Positions 45,437 to 55,462 of a stretch of DNA of 64,000 nt are shown here, piece after piece (positions within the stretch are counted from its first letter, which is position 1; each line of letters opens with the position of its first letter). The position numbers and the translations under genes are program-made. The notes under the pieces were generated by a model, which worked only from the letters and a program-made list of their open reading frames with translations, searched no databases and was not told the DNA's origin. Source of the stretch: Candidatus Aminicenantes bacterium (GTDB taxonomy: Bacteria > Acidobacteriota > Aminicenantia > Aminicenantales > UBA8522); NCBI GenBank assembly GCA_017886205.1, contig JAFNEO010000013.1:25997-89996 (forward strand). Direction: 5' to 3'.

Positions 45437-47182
45437 TTATTGAGGTGGAAGAGAAGAGCCGCCGTCCGAATAGACGACCTTCCCGTCCAGGAGCGTCAGC
45501 GTCACTTTCGCCTCGTGAATCTGCCGGGCGGGGATCTTGAAGAGGTTGCGGTCGAGGACGATGAGGTCGGCGGCTTTGCCCGCCTCGATAGAACCCCGGG
45601 CTTTTTCTTCAAAGCTCAGGAAAGCGCCGTTCGTCGTATAGGCGGCGATCGCCGTGGGGAGGTCGATGAGCTCGTCCGGGAGCCAGGCCGGTCCGGCGGG
45701 CGCATCCGGGCTGCGCCGCGTCACCGCCACCTGGATGGCATCGAGAGGGTTGAGGGATGACACCGACCAGTCGCTGCCGCCGGCATACAGCCCGCCGCTC
45801 CGGACGACGCTCCCGATGGGATAGAGCCTTGATGACCGCTCGGGGCCGAGAATTGGTTCGGTGAGCTGAGTGATATAGGTATCAGCATAGGCCCAGAGGG
45901 CCTGGAAATTGGCCACGACGCCGAGCGCGTGGAAGCGCGGGATGTCCGCCGGGTCGATGAGCTCCAGATGGACGATGTGATGCCGGGCGTCGCGCAGGCC
46001 GTTAGCCTTTCCGGCCTGCTCCATGGCGTCGAGGGTCATCCGGATGGCCCGGTCGCCGATGGCATGGACATGGATCTGGAACCCGGCCTTGTCCAGGGCG
46101 ACGGCCAGGCGGTTGAGTTCCTCCGCTTCCAGGATGGGCTCTCCCCTGTCACCCGGCCGGTCGAGGTAAGGTTCAAGAAACGCCGCGGTATGGGATTCGA
46201 TGACGCCGTCGATAAAGATTTTTGCCGCCGTTGCCTTGAGATACTGGCCCTGGTACCGCTCCCGCTTCTGGACCAGGTCATCGACCTGGGCAACTCCCTT
46301 TTCAGGATCTACGTAGATCGAGGCCAGCACACGAAGCGTCAGGTTGGCGCTCCGATCCAGACCGGCATAAGTTTCAAGAAGTTTGTTGTCGGCGCTCGCT
46401 TCGATGATCGAGGTGATGCCGAAGCGATTGGCCAGGGCCAGCCCTCCCCGAAGACCGCTCAGATATTCCTCAGCGGTGGGCTCCGGAATCAACCGGTCGA
46501 CGAGGCTGGCCGCCGCCTCCCTCAGGGTCCCTGACGGCTCCCCTGTCCCCGCCTTTCGCTCGATGCGCCCGTTCTTGGGGTCCGCCGTTTTCGCCGTGAC
46601 GCCGGCCAGCTCAAGAGCCCGGGAGTTCACCCAGGCCGAGTGGCCGTCGGCCGCCGAGAGATAGGCCGGCCGGTCGGAGACCACGGCGTCAAGTTCCTCT
46701 TTAGACGGATTTGCTTCCGGGAAGACGGGCAGGGCCCAGCCTCCGCCCACGATCCAATCTTTTTCGGGATTCTCGGCCGCATAACTGCGGATCCGGGCCA
46801 GGATCTCGTCTTTCGTCTGCAGGTCATTCAGGTTGCACTGCTCGAGCTCCATTCCGCCCGAGATCAAATGGACGTGAGAGTCCTGGAATCCGGGAAGCAC
46901 CATTTTCCCGGCGAGGTCGAGGACTTTTGTCCCCTCCCCCCTGTATTTTTTCACGTCTGAGTTCGAACCCACGAACACGATTTTTCCCCCGGCGACCGCC
47001 GCGGCCTCCGCCAAGGGCTGCGCTTTGTTCATTGTATAGACCGCGGCATTTTTCAGGATAAGCTCGGCCGGGCTGGCAGGCTCTCTCCCGCTCCGGCAAG
47101 ACGCGACCAGTGAAAAAAGGACGATCAGCGCTAATAGGCCGACCGTCCGGCCGCGGGTCAATCTCTCGCTCAATCTTTTCAT
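45437..47182 (-). CDS. amidohydrolase family 3 (YtcJ-like) lipoprotein
   Basis: Start re-placed at ATG 47182 with a GAGGA Shine-Dalgarno (MKRLSERL...LFSLVASC lipobox). GFQDSHVHLISGG, HVHAIGD and HLELI metal-ligand blocks. Confidence 0.8.
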   Translation of the reverse strand: MKRLSERLTRGRTVGLLALIVLFSLVASCRSGREPASPAELILKNAAVYTMNKAQPLAEAAAVAGGKIVFVGSNSDVKKYRGEGTKVLDLAGKMVLPGFQDSHVHLISGGMELEQCNLNDLQTKDEILARIRSYAAENPEKDWIVGGGWALPVFPEANPSKEELDAVVSDRPAYLSAADGHSAWVNSRALELAGVTAKTADPKNGRIERKAGTGEPSGTLREAAASLVDRLIPEPTAEEYLSGLRGGLALANRFGITSIIEASADNKLLETYAGLDRSANLTLRVLASIYVDPEKGVAQVDDLVQKRERYQGQYLKATAAKIFIDGVIESHTAAFLEPYLDRPGDRGEPILEAEELNRLAVALDKAGFQIHVHAIGDRAIRMTLDAMEQAGKANGLRDARHHIVHLELIDPADIPRFHALGVVANFQALWAYADTYITQLTEPILGPERSSRLYPIGSVVRSGGLYAGGSDWSVSSLNPLDAIQVAVTRRSPDAPAGPAWLPDELIDLPTAIAAYTTNGAFLSFEEKARGSIEAGKAADLIVLDRNLFKIPARQIHEAKVTLTLLDGKVVYSDGGSSLPPQ

Positions 47183-47429
47183 GGGATCCTCTTTCATCAT
47201 TCTCTCAACTCGCATTGGGGAATTATACGTTCGGCCCTTTCCTCCTGCAACTTGTTCTGAGAAAAAAACACTCAATCGGGCAAGGCGGTGGGTTTGGCTG
47301 ACGGACATCGGGCTAGAGTCTATTCGACGACGCCGACGACCAGAAACTCTCCCGCGGGAAACTCATTCGTCCGCATGAACAAGGCGTACAGGCCGATCCT
47401 GAAGAGGTCGGGGGCGAGGATCTTTTCTT

Positions 47430-48353
47430 CTACCTCACGGGGGATCTGTTCGAGATTGTTATGACGTCGTTCCGCTCCCGGTCCGTCAGTGAGATGTATT
47501 TGTTTTTTGGAAAGAGGGCCACGACCACGCAGTAGACGCCTCCAGGATAGTCCTTCAGCCGTCCGAAAGAGACACCGAGGCCGCCTTCGTCATAGCTCGG
47601 GTTATCGATATGGAGGGACCGCTCATCCAGCCCTTCAAGGGAGGGTGTGACGACGATGAACACGTGCATCTCTCTCAGCGAGAGGGGAAGCGGAGGCATC
47701 TGCGCTTCCGCGGCTCTCGCCTCGGCGAACCTCTGGGCCAGCCGGCCGGCCTCTTCTTGAAAAATGAGGGGAGGAAAAGAGCGCGCCAATCTCCATTCCT
47801 GGATTCTCCCGGCTATCCGGGCTCTGGCAGCCTCTCCCGAGAGAGGTTCCATGGCCTGGATAAAGTCCTGCGTGACGAAGTAGGCGCCATCCTTGATCTC
47901 CACCACGCCGATACCGACTGTGTCAAACTCGGGGTCGAGGATGTTTTCGCGGTGGTCGGAGCTTTCCATCAGCGACCGATGGACAAAATCGGTGATATAT
48001 GTTTCGCTGCGAGCGACGTTTTCTCCGGCTTTGGCAAAGAAGAATCCGGCCCGCACGAGCCTCTCCTGAAAGGACTGGCCCGAGGACGAGAAGTGGGACA
48101 GTGTGTTGCTGAACGCCATGTCGGCGCTGTGCCGGCGGGCTAGGGCGGCCAGCCCGTCCGAGAAACGGAGCGGCGGCAGCGCCCGGCTCTCCCTCTCCTT
48201 GTTGGCCAGTGCGAGCAGGCTTTTCTCTATGGCCATCGACTCCAGCCGCGGGGTCTGTCCTTTTTCTTGGATATAAAAAGCGGCCTCGCTGACAGGCCGG
48301 AGAATCCCCAAGAGAATCGCCAAGATCCCGAGCGGCCAAGGACCGCACCTCAT
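47430..48353 (-). CDS. secreted CAP/SCP (PR-1-like, YkwD-type) domain protein
   Basis: ATGA overlap with the upstream stop. Signal peptide MRCGPWPLGILAILLGIL. ARRHSADMAFSNTLSH...SDHRENILDP..VGIGV CAP-domain blocks. Confidence 0.7.
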   Translation of the reverse strand: MRCGPWPLGILAILLGILRPVSEAAFYIQEKGQTPRLESMAIEKSLLALANKERESRALPPLRFSDGLAALARRHSADMAFSNTLSHFSSSGQSFQERLVRAGFFFAKAGENVARSETYITDFVHRSLMESSDHRENILDPEFDTVGIGVVEIKDGAYFVTQDFIQAMEPLSGEAARARIAGRIQEWRLARSFPPLIFQEEAGRLAQRFAEARAAEAQMPPLPLSLREMHVFIVVTPSLEGLDERSLHIDNPSYDEGGLGVSFGRLKDYPGGVYCVVVALFPKNKYISLTDRERNDVITISNRSPVR

Positions 48354-49513
48354 CTTTGAAACAGCCTCCGGCCCCAATCGCAATCCACGGCATAATCCAG
48401 GCATCTTTTGAAGCTATCACAAGTGAGATCGGGACAGCGAAGCCCCTTTTTATCGAGAATCGGACCGGCCCTCTCTGTGCCAAAAATCCTCCGGTCCCTC
48501 ATATACGGCCCGTAGGCCTCGAGATAGGTCTCGAAGACCGCTTCCAGAGCATTCCGCGGTTTCCCCTCCATCTCCTGCGCCGGGCAAGCCGAGATTCCTT
48601 GGATGCGGAAAAGAGCCTGGGTGTATTCAATGATGTCTTCGAGCCTCGTCTGGCGGCTGTTGACAATGTGAAAGACGCCGCTGTCGCTCGTCCCTTCCCT
48701 GATCGACCCGAAAGCGCGGACAAAAAAGTCAATCGGGACGACGTTGATGCCGGCTCCGTCTCCGACCAGTATCCGGATGGGCATGACCGTCCAGCCGTCC
48801 CCGTCCAAGCGCACGCCCATTTCCGCCGCCTTCCTCCCGCCGCGCTCGCGGATATCCGTTTCGTAGAGATTCTTGAGAAAAAGGGCCGTCCGCACGGGAT
48901 AGTAGAGGGCGTTGAAGAGGAGGCTCCGACCGGTCTCGGAGTGACCGTAGACGATGGAGGTCCGATAGATCGACAGCCGGATGCCGGCTTTGGCACAGCG
49001 TTCAGAGGTGAGCCACTCGGCCCGGCACTTGGTCTCTTCATAGACGTTGGTGAAAGCGGTTGGATGGACAATTTCCTCGGGGCAGGGACCGGACGTGCGT
49101 CCGGCCACATAGGCGGTGCTGACCAGATGGAAACGGCGGCAGCGGCTGCGCTCGGCCAGGTCGAGGACATGGCGGAGCCCGTCCAGGTTGACGGCCTCGA
49201 CCTCGGCCCTTTTGCGCTCGGCGAAAGACGTGCTGGAGGCGCAGTGGACGATTTCGTCGATCTCTCGGAACATGGAGGCTGAAAGATCCGGTTCCAGTGC
49301 GAGCGCGGGATGTTCGATCCGGCCTTCGACCACACGGACATTTTTCTTCCGGTCTGCCGCTACACCAAGCCAATCGAGAAGCCGGTCGACGCGGTCCGCG
49401 GCCGAAAGGCCCTGTTTGGAGCGGGCTAAAAAGATGACCTCTTCCCCTTGCTCGATGAGGTAGGCGGCGATATGCGCCCCCAGAAAACCGGTTCCGCCCG
49501 TGATCAGGATCAT
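48350..49513 (-). CDS. NAD(P)-dependent reductase, thioester-reductase / fatty-acyl reductase type (NAD_binding_4 SDR)
   Basis: ILITGGTGFLGAHI Rossmann motif. The LARSK...RV..LL pattern, STAYVAG and YEETKCRAE (YxxxK) are typical of terminal reductase domains. Confidence 0.7.
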   Translation of the reverse strand: MILITGGTGFLGAHIAAYLIEQGEEVIFLARSKQGLSAADRVDRLLDWLGVAADRKKNVRVVEGRIEHPALALEPDLSASMFREIDEIVHCASSTSFAERKRAEVEAVNLDGLRHVLDLAERSRCRRFHLVSTAYVAGRTSGPCPEEIVHPTAFTNVYEETKCRAEWLTSERCAKAGIRLSIYRTSIVYGHSETGRSLLFNALYYPVRTALFLKNLYETDIRERGGRKAAEMGVRLDGDGWTVMPIRILVGDGAGINVVPIDFFVRAFGSIREGTSDSGVFHIVNSRQTRLEDIIEYTQALFRIQGISACPAQEMEGKPRNALEAVFETYLEAYGPYMRDRRIFGTERAGPILDKKGLRCPDLTCDSFKRCLDYAVDCDWGRRLFQR

Positions 49514-51366
49514 CGGTAGAGGAAATTCTCTTTCCGGGAACAGCCCTGGGAAAAGACGTATTTCAGGAAGGTTACTCCCTTGGTCCGCTCGGCCAGTCCG
49601 TCGAGCCAGGCCCCGATCTCGGCCATCGCCCGCCGGATTTTCTCGCGCTCGGCAGGGTCGGTGTGGTCGATATAATAATCGTACTCCAGGATCGCCCTCT
49701 TTCCCAGGTCCATGGGGGTGAGAAAACCGAAATCATGGTCGATGCCCTGGGCCACGGCGATCCGGGCGAACTCCGCGTTAATCTTGTTGATGACGTCGTT
49801 CCGGTCGAGCGGCACATAGACGAGAAAAGCGAACATGTGTTTGCGGCGGGACATGCGGGAGCTTACGATCCGGAACATGTTGAGCCAGGTCATGTCGGTG
49901 AAGCGCGGTTGGGAATACAGTCCGATGTAAAGCTCCCGGAGGTCCTCCTCCACGGCAACCGCGAGCGTCTCCGGCGACGGCCGGAGCACGGCCTCGATGA
50001 GCGGCCTCATCTCCGACCGGCAGAAAATCTCATAGGGAGGCCGGCCGGCCTCAAAGCCCTTGACCAGGTCCTGCCACTCCCTGTCCAGGAGCCGGGGAAG
50101 GCCGAGCGTCAGCGTCCGCCAGAGGCCGCCGTCGATGACCGGGCCGGCCAGCTTGCTGATGGATTCCCGCGCGAACCGGTCCCCGAGGGCAAAGACGACA
50201 TACCGGATCCCCAGGGTATCAGGCAGGACGTCCTTCAAGCGGTCGGCTAAGTCCTTGGACGGCGACATAAAATTGGCGATGTAATGGATGCCAAGGACGG
50301 CCACGGCCAGGCCGATCCGGCGGCGGCCCAGCTCCCGGGCCAGGGCCACGGCCTCGTCGAAATCCCAGAACGGGACGAGCACCCCATCTTCGTCTTCGGT
50401 CGTGGGGTGGAGCTTAACCGTCGCCTCCGTGCAGATGCCGGGCGCCGGGATGACGGCGTTCTCGAAGGCGAAGACGTTGGGAGCCTGTTTGTCGTTGAGC
50501 CGGAATATCTTGCCTTGCGCATCGACGAATTCCATATCGATGAACCCGTCGGCCGCGGTGCCATAGGCGTTCGACCACGTGGAGAACGTCCCCGTACAGA
50601 CGATGTTGCCGCAGACAGTGGCGGCTGGCTCGGCGGCGTTAACGCGGAGGCCGTGACGGAAGGCTTCCTGCTGCAGCTCGAACGAAGTGACGCCGGGCCC
50701 GACGGCAGCGCTCCAATTGTCCTTGTCGATGGCGAGGTGCCGCATCCTCTGCATGTCGAGGACGATCCCTTCGCTGAAAACGAACCCGAAGACGCTCCCG
50801 CCGTTCCCTCGCACGGCATAGGGCAGGCCAAGCTCGTTGGCCAGTTGAACGACGGCGGCGACTTCCTCCCGCGTCCCGGGCAAGACGACATACCGGGGCA
50901 TTCTCATGTCCGCCAGGGGGAAGGGATCGTTGGCGTAGGTAACGAGAACGGCCGGGTCGTTCGTCGCCCACTCAGCGCCGACGATGCTCTGGAGTCGGCG
51001 GAGCGGCTCGTCGGGCGCGATGACGGTCGGCTTCCCGCCGCTCTTTAGGTAATCCTCGACCCGATCTTTGAGCGCCTTCATGACCTTGAGCGGCCGCAGG
51101 CCGGTGATAAAGTGGCACTGCAGGTCGCACACGCCGCAGAGAGAGCAGGTCTCGGCTATTTGGATGAGCCCTTCGGTGACCGGGATAAGGTTATCGGCCA
51201 AGGCCGCGTAGAGGTCCATCCGTCCCTGGGGATAGTAGCTTACGTAATGATACCTTTTGCCCGGAGGGCAGAGGCCGGTCCCCAGGTAATCGATCTTGCA
51301 CATGGCATAGTGCCGGCACTGCGAGGCCGTCTTCAAGATATCATCGTCGGCTTTGACCATTTTCAA
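49510..51366 (-). CDS. FAD-binding (FAD_binding_4/PCMH type) oxidoreductase with N-terminal Fe-S cysteine cluster
   Basis: CSLCGVCDLQC (CxxCxxCxxxC) plus an upstream CRHYAMC...CP. FAD-binding block VVLPGTREEVAAVVQLANELGLPYAVRGNGGS. 4-nt overlap with the downstream reductase gene. Confidence 0.7.
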   Translation of the reverse strand: MKMVKADDDILKTASQCRHYAMCKIDYLGTGLCPPGKRYHYVSYYPQGRMDLYAALADNLIPVTEGLIQIAETCSLCGVCDLQCHFITGLRPLKVMKALKDRVEDYLKSGGKPTVIAPDEPLRRLQSIVGAEWATNDPAVLVTYANDPFPLADMRMPRYVVLPGTREEVAAVVQLANELGLPYAVRGNGGSVFGFVFSEGIVLDMQRMRHLAIDKDNWSAAVGPGVTSFELQQEAFRHGLRVNAAEPAATVCGNIVCTGTFSTWSNAYGTAADGFIDMEFVDAQGKIFRLNDKQAPNVFAFENAVIPAPGICTEATVKLHPTTEDEDGVLVPFWDFDEAVALARELGRRRIGLAVAVLGIHYIANFMSPSKDLADRLKDVLPDTLGIRYVVFALGDRFARESISKLAGPVIDGGLWRTLTLGLPRLLDREWQDLVKGFEAGRPPYEIFCRSEMRPLIEAVLRPSPETLAVAVEEDLRELYIGLYSQPRFTDMTWLNMFRIVSSRMSRRKHMFAFLVYVPLDRNDVINKINAEFARIAVAQGIDHDFGFLTPMDLGKRAILEYDYYIDHTDPAEREKIRRAMAEIGAWLDGLAERTKGVTFLKYVFSQGCSRKENFLYR

Positions 51367-51375
51367 TCTCCTGGC

Positions 51376-52134
51376 TCAGAATTCCGGCTTTTCTTTCCTG
51401 GCCGTATAGAGGGTCGCCAATCCCTGGGAAACTCTTTGAAAACAAACGTCCTGAAAGCCGACTCGCCGGATGATCCCGACAACCTCCGTGGGAGGCGGGA
51501 AAACGCGGATGGACTCCGCCAGGTAGCGGTATGGGCCGTCCGTCCCGGAGATGAGCCGGGCGACGAGAGGCATGACCCGGAATGAATAAAAATGATACAG
51601 GGACCTCAGCCCGCGCCGCGCCGGCAGGGAAAACTCCAGCACCAGGAGCCTGCCTCCGGGTTTGAGAACCCGATAGATCTCTTTCAACCCGAGCTCGGGG
51701 TGGACAAAATTGCGCAGGCCGAAGCCGAGTGTGACCGCTTCAAAGCTCTCGTCGGCAAAGGCAATGCATTCTGCGTCGCCCTGGATGCAAAGGATGTTAT
51801 CTCCTCGGGGGGATCGCCTGATCTTCCGCCGGCCGACCTCCATCATCTTCCGGTTGAAGTCATAGATGATCACGCGGCTGTGATCGCCCGTTCGGCCCGC
51901 GGCCAGGAGAGCGAAATCGCCCGTCCCGCCGCAGAGGTCCAGGACCCGGTCCCCATCATTAAGTCCGAGGAGGCTGATCCCCTTTTTTCGCCAGAGCTCG
52001 TCCAGGCCCGCGCTCAGGACGGCATCAGCCAGGTCGTAGGTTGTGGCGATGGGGTCGAACTGCTGGCGGACGAGTCTCTTTTTCTCCTCGGGCGTAACCT
52101 CGCGGTAACCAAAGGAAACCCTGTCCGGCGTCAT
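51376..52134 (-). CDS. ubiE: demethylmenaquinone/ubiquinone C-methyltransferase (UbiE/MenG family)
   Basis: FDPIATTYDLADAVLSAGLDELWRKK signature, SAM motif VLDLCGGTGD, and RVLKPGGRLLVLEF. Confidence 0.85.
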   Translation of the reverse strand: MTPDRVSFGYREVTPEEKKRLVRQQFDPIATTYDLADAVLSAGLDELWRKKGISLLGLNDGDRVLDLCGGTGDFALLAAGRTGDHSRVIIYDFNRKMMEVGRRKIRRSPRGDNILCIQGDAECIAFADESFEAVTLGFGLRNFVHPELGLKEIYRVLKPGGRLLVLEFSLPARRGLRSLYHFYSFRVMPLVARLISGTDGPYRYLAESIRVFPPPTEVVGIIRRVGFQDVCFQRVSQGLATLYTARKEKPEF

Positions 52135-52257
52135 CGCCCTATCTTAGGCCTTTCAACTGCGCGAAACAATAAAAAAGCGCTTGATTATTTTCTCCGTTCC
52201 GGATATTTAGTCTCGGATGGTTGCTCAGGGCCTGACATCACATCCAAGAGTTCACCC

Positions 52258-53619
52258 ATGAATGACACCCGGCCTTCTGGCTCGATCTCCGATAAGTCCA
52301 TAATCGAGCTGCCTCGAGTCCTCGGGCTCTGGGATATGGTCGCGATCGTCGTCGGCGGCGTTATCGGCTCGGGGATCTTCCTCGTTCCGGCCGATATCGC
52401 CCGCGGTGTCGGCGCCCCGCTTCTGATTTTCGCCGTCTGGATTGCCGGCGGGCTGCTGAGCTACTTCGGCGCCCTGTCCTTCGCGGAAATGGGGGCCGCC
52501 ATGCCCAGGGCGGGGGGGACGTACAATTTCTTGCGAGAAGCCTTCGGCCCCCTTCCCGCCTTTCTGTTCGGCTGGACCCTGTTTCTGGTCATCGATTCCG
52601 GAGCCATCGCCACGCTGACAGTGGCCTTCTCCTCCAACTACCTCCCCTATTTCGTTAAGATCTCTCCCTTCGGCCAGAAAATCGTGGCGGCGGTCTTCAT
52701 TCTCTTCCTTGTCGTCGTCAATTACGTCGGCGTCCGCTGGGGGGCCAACCTCCAGAACCTCCTGACCATCATCAAGTTCGTCGCCCTGGCCGCTGTCTGC
52801 ATCATCGTTTTTGTCTTCGCCAAGGACGCCAGCGCGTCCAATTGGATCAGACCGCTCCCCTCGGGCCTGTCCGGGAGCATGTTCGGGGCGTTCGGGGTCG
52901 CCCTCGTCGCTTCCCTCTGGGCTTACAAGGGATGGGAAGGAGCGACTTACAGCGCCGGTGAGGTCAAGCGCCCGGAGCGGAACCTCCCGATGGGCCTTCT
53001 CATCGGCACCATGGCCTGCGTCATAATCTACGTCGTGGCCAACATGGCTTACCTGTATGTCTTTCCCGCCAGCAAGATCGCCGAATCCCCCCGGATCGCC
53101 AGCGACGTCATGAACGTCGTCGTCGGCCCGCTGGGCGCTTCGATCATCTCCATCATCATCCTCTTCTCGATCATGGGCGCCGCCAACCAGAACTTTCTCT
53201 GCTCGCCGCGGGTTTATTTCGCCATGGCCAGGGACGGCCTCTTCTTCAAGAGGATCGCCGATGCCCATCCCCGGTTCCTGACGCCTCATTTTTCCATCAT
53301 CGCCCTCGGCCTCTGGAGTCTGGTCCTCACTCTGCTCCTGGAGACATTTCAGGCGCTTTTCACCTACGTCATCTTCGGCCAGTGGCTCTTCTTCGGACTG
53401 ACCGTGGCGGCGGTCTTCGTCCTCCGGAGGAAGCGCCCGGACATCCCAAGACCCTACAAGACGTGGGGATACCCGGTGACACCGGCAGTCTTCATCCTGG
53501 CCGCTCTTTTTATCTCGTTCAACAGCCTAGTCCAGAAGCCCAAGGAATCCTTATTCGGCCTGCTGATCATCTTCCTGGGCCTTCCGGCCTACCTCTACTG
53601 GAAGCGGAGGTCCCGGTGA
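52258..53619 (+). CDS. APC-superfamily amino acid permease
   Basis: Start re-placed at ATG 52258; the first 222 codons of the track ORF are antisense to ubiE. ELPRVLGLWDMVAIVVGGVIGSGIF, FAEMGAAMPRAGGTYNFL and RPYKTWGYPVTP blocks. Paralogue of 55985-57358. Confidence 0.8.
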   Translation: MNDTRPSGSISDKSIIELPRVLGLWDMVAIVVGGVIGSGIFLVPADIARGVGAPLLIFAVWIAGGLLSYFGALSFAEMGAAMPRAGGTYNFLREAFGPLPAFLFGWTLFLVIDSGAIATLTVAFSSNYLPYFVKISPFGQKIVAAVFILFLVVVNYVGVRWGANLQNLLTIIKFVALAAVCIIVFVFAKDASASNWIRPLPSGLSGSMFGAFGVALVASLWAYKGWEGATYSAGEVKRPERNLPMGLLIGTMACVIIYVVANMAYLYVFPASKIAESPRIASDVMNVVVGPLGASIISIIILFSIMGAANQNFLCSPRVYFAMARDGLFFKRIADAHPRFLTPHFSIIALGLWSLVLTLLLETFQALFTYVIFGQWLFFGLTVAAVFVLRRKRPDIPRPYKTWGYPVTPAVFILAALFISFNSLVQKPKESLFGLLIIFLGLPAYLYWKRRSR

Positions 53620-53737
53620 ACCCGGCGCGCCTCGTCGAGATGGCCAGCGCCTTCTACGACTCGAGCGTCCTGCGTCCTGGCCAGGCACGGCCAGTAAAGC
53701 GTGAGTTCACAAATTCACTTGGGAGATGAGGATGATC

Positions 53738-54268
53738 ATGAAAAGAACCCTACTTGTTCTGTTTTTTATTGCTGCGCTTTCGCTCAGCACCAGATCCAAG
53801 GGCCGAGTCCCGGAGGATCAACCCGAGTTGTTCGGCCAGGGGACCATCATTCAGATCGGCGTCGTGGTCAAGGACATCGAGAAGGCATCGGCGGCCTACG
53901 CCGACCTTCTGGGAGTCGCGACTCCGAAATGGTCCTGGACGGATACAGAGGACAAGGCCCACACCCAATTTAGGGGAAAGCCGTCGTCGGCTCGTGCCAA
54001 GCTGGCCTTCATCGAGCTCAAGAACATCACCCTCGAGCTCATCGAGCCCGGCCGAAATCCCAGCACCTGGCGGGAGTTCCTGGACACTAAGGGCGAGGGT
54101 GTCCATCACATCGCCTTTGATATCAAGGGGATGGACGACAAGACCGCGCTCCTGGCAAAGAAAGGAATGCCGCTGCTCCAGAAAGGCGACTACGAGGGCG
54201 GCCGCTATGCCTACATCGACGGCGCGGCCAAGCTCGGCCTGATCCTGGAGCTCCTGGAGAATTTCTAG
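53738..54268 (+). CDS. secreted VOC (glyoxalase/bleomycin-resistance/dioxygenase fold) family protein
   Basis: Signal peptide MKRTLLVLFFIAALSL. ELIEP...GEGVHHIAFDI block. The start could also be 53726 or 53732. Confidence 0.65.
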   Translation: MKRTLLVLFFIAALSLSTRSKGRVPEDQPELFGQGTIIQIGVVVKDIEKASAAYADLLGVATPKWSWTDTEDKAHTQFRGKPSSARAKLAFIELKNITLELIEPGRNPSTWREFLDTKGEGVHHIAFDIKGMDDKTALLAKKGMPLLQKGDYEGGRYAYIDGAAKLGLILELLENF

Positions 54269-54293
54269 AAAAGACCTTACCCGACCGCTGTCA

Positions 54294-55421
54294 TCAATAA
54301 TATCGCCCGATCATCGGATGTTCGACGATGAACTTCCTCAGGGCCAGTGGGTCGACCATGCCCTGACAGCGATAGACGATCTTTCCCCCGGGTTCGACGA
54401 CGAGGGTATAGGGTAAGGCTCCCTGCCAGGCCGGGTCAATCGTTTCGATGAGCGGGTAGATGCTTTCATCTGCGTAGATGTAATTCTTGTTGGAAGCCTG
54501 GTTTTTCTTGAGAAACTCGAGAGCCCGGTCGCGTTTATCGGCCTTGTCAGCGCTGATGGAGACAAATTCAAATTCCCGGCCACGGTACATGCGGTCGGTT
54601 TTAACCAACTCGGGGAATTCTGCGGTGCAGGGCGCACACCATGTCGCCCAGACGTTGATAAGACGGAGTTTTCCCGAGGAGTTCGCCAGAGTCTGTTTAA
54701 CAGCCGCTAGGTCAATCGGCTCCAGGTTTACGGGCAGCTCTGCCCACTCCTTGTAAAGCTGCTTCGTGTATTCATCCTTCCAGGCCCATTTGATGGAGCA
54801 GCCGAACACTTTTGTCGTGACGGGCGAGGGCTTTTTACCGGCCAGAAGAGCGTCGAGGGCCTTCCTCAGGTCCTCTGCCTTTCCGCTACCGGGCTTTTCT
54901 TGCTCATCCACCCGTCCCGCGTATTGGAGCAGGCGCTTTTCATCAAAAATAAAGACGTGGGGCGTGGCCACCGGGCCATAAGCAAGAGATGTCTTCTGAT
55001 CATCTCCGTCGTAGAGGTAGGGAAAAGGAAACTGTTTATCCTTGGCCCGGATTTTCATGTCCTCCAGCGTATCCCCCACATCGGTGTATCCCATTTCGGC
55101 CAGGTTGAGCGCCTTCGGGCTGTTGGGTGAAATCATGACCATGCCGACGCCCTTGGTCTGATAATCCAGGCAGACGCGGATCAGCCGGTTTTCATAAGCC
55201 TGGGCCGTCGGGCAATGGTTGCAGCTGAAGACAACGACGACAAGCTTGTGCCGGTCGAAATCATTGAGGCTCCAGGTTCTGCCGTCCGTGCCCGTCAAAT
55301 GGAAATCCGGCGCTTTTGCTCCTATAGCCAACGTTGTCGGGTCCGGATGGGCGGGCTGAGCCGCAAGGCGCAGTCCGCCCAAAGCCAGGATCAGGATGAA
55401 CGCCTGAAATGTTCGTATCAT
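54294..55421 (-). CDS. secreted tandem thioredoxin-fold (TlpA/redoxin-like) protein
   Basis: GGAGGA Shine-Dalgarno. Signal peptide MIRTFQAFILILALGGLRLAAQ. Two CxxC motifs: FSCNHCPTAQ and WATWCAPCTAEFPEL. Confidence 0.75.
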   Translation of the reverse strand: MIRTFQAFILILALGGLRLAAQPAHPDPTTLAIGAKAPDFHLTGTDGRTWSLNDFDRHKLVVVVFSCNHCPTAQAYENRLIRVCLDYQTKGVGMVMISPNSPKALNLAEMGYTDVGDTLEDMKIRAKDKQFPFPYLYDGDDQKTSLAYGPVATPHVFIFDEKRLLQYAGRVDEQEKPGSGKAEDLRKALDALLAGKKPSPVTTKVFGCSIKWAWKDEYTKQLYKEWAELPVNLEPIDLAAVKQTLANSSGKLRLINVWATWCAPCTAEFPELVKTDRMYRGREFEFVSISADKADKRDRALEFLKKNQASNKNYIYADESIYPLIETIDPAWQGALPYTLVVEPGGKIVYRCQGMVDPLALRKFIVEHPMIGRYY

Positions 55422-55462
55422 CAATTTCGGATCCTCCACCTCCAACTCCTCTCCCCTAGGGT

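Noticed and set aside
47309-47470. An alternative frame continues past the CAP-protein stop, which could hint at a frameshifted longer C-terminus (...NNLEQIPREVEEKILAPDLFRIGLYALF...).
   Set aside because: Open alternative frames are common at this GC content. There is no homopolymer or slippery site at the putative shift, and no family signal in the extension.
51592-52257. N-terminal 222 codons of the 675-aa track ORF. The same kind of 5' extension occurs at 2696-2947, 5520-5741, 26864-27214, 28109-28207, 30950-31018, 36705-36740 and 41385-41414.
   Set aside because: The extensions overlap neighbouring genes or intergenic repeats and lack coding character. Internal starts give proper signal peptides, Shine-Dalgarno sequences or ATGA coupling.
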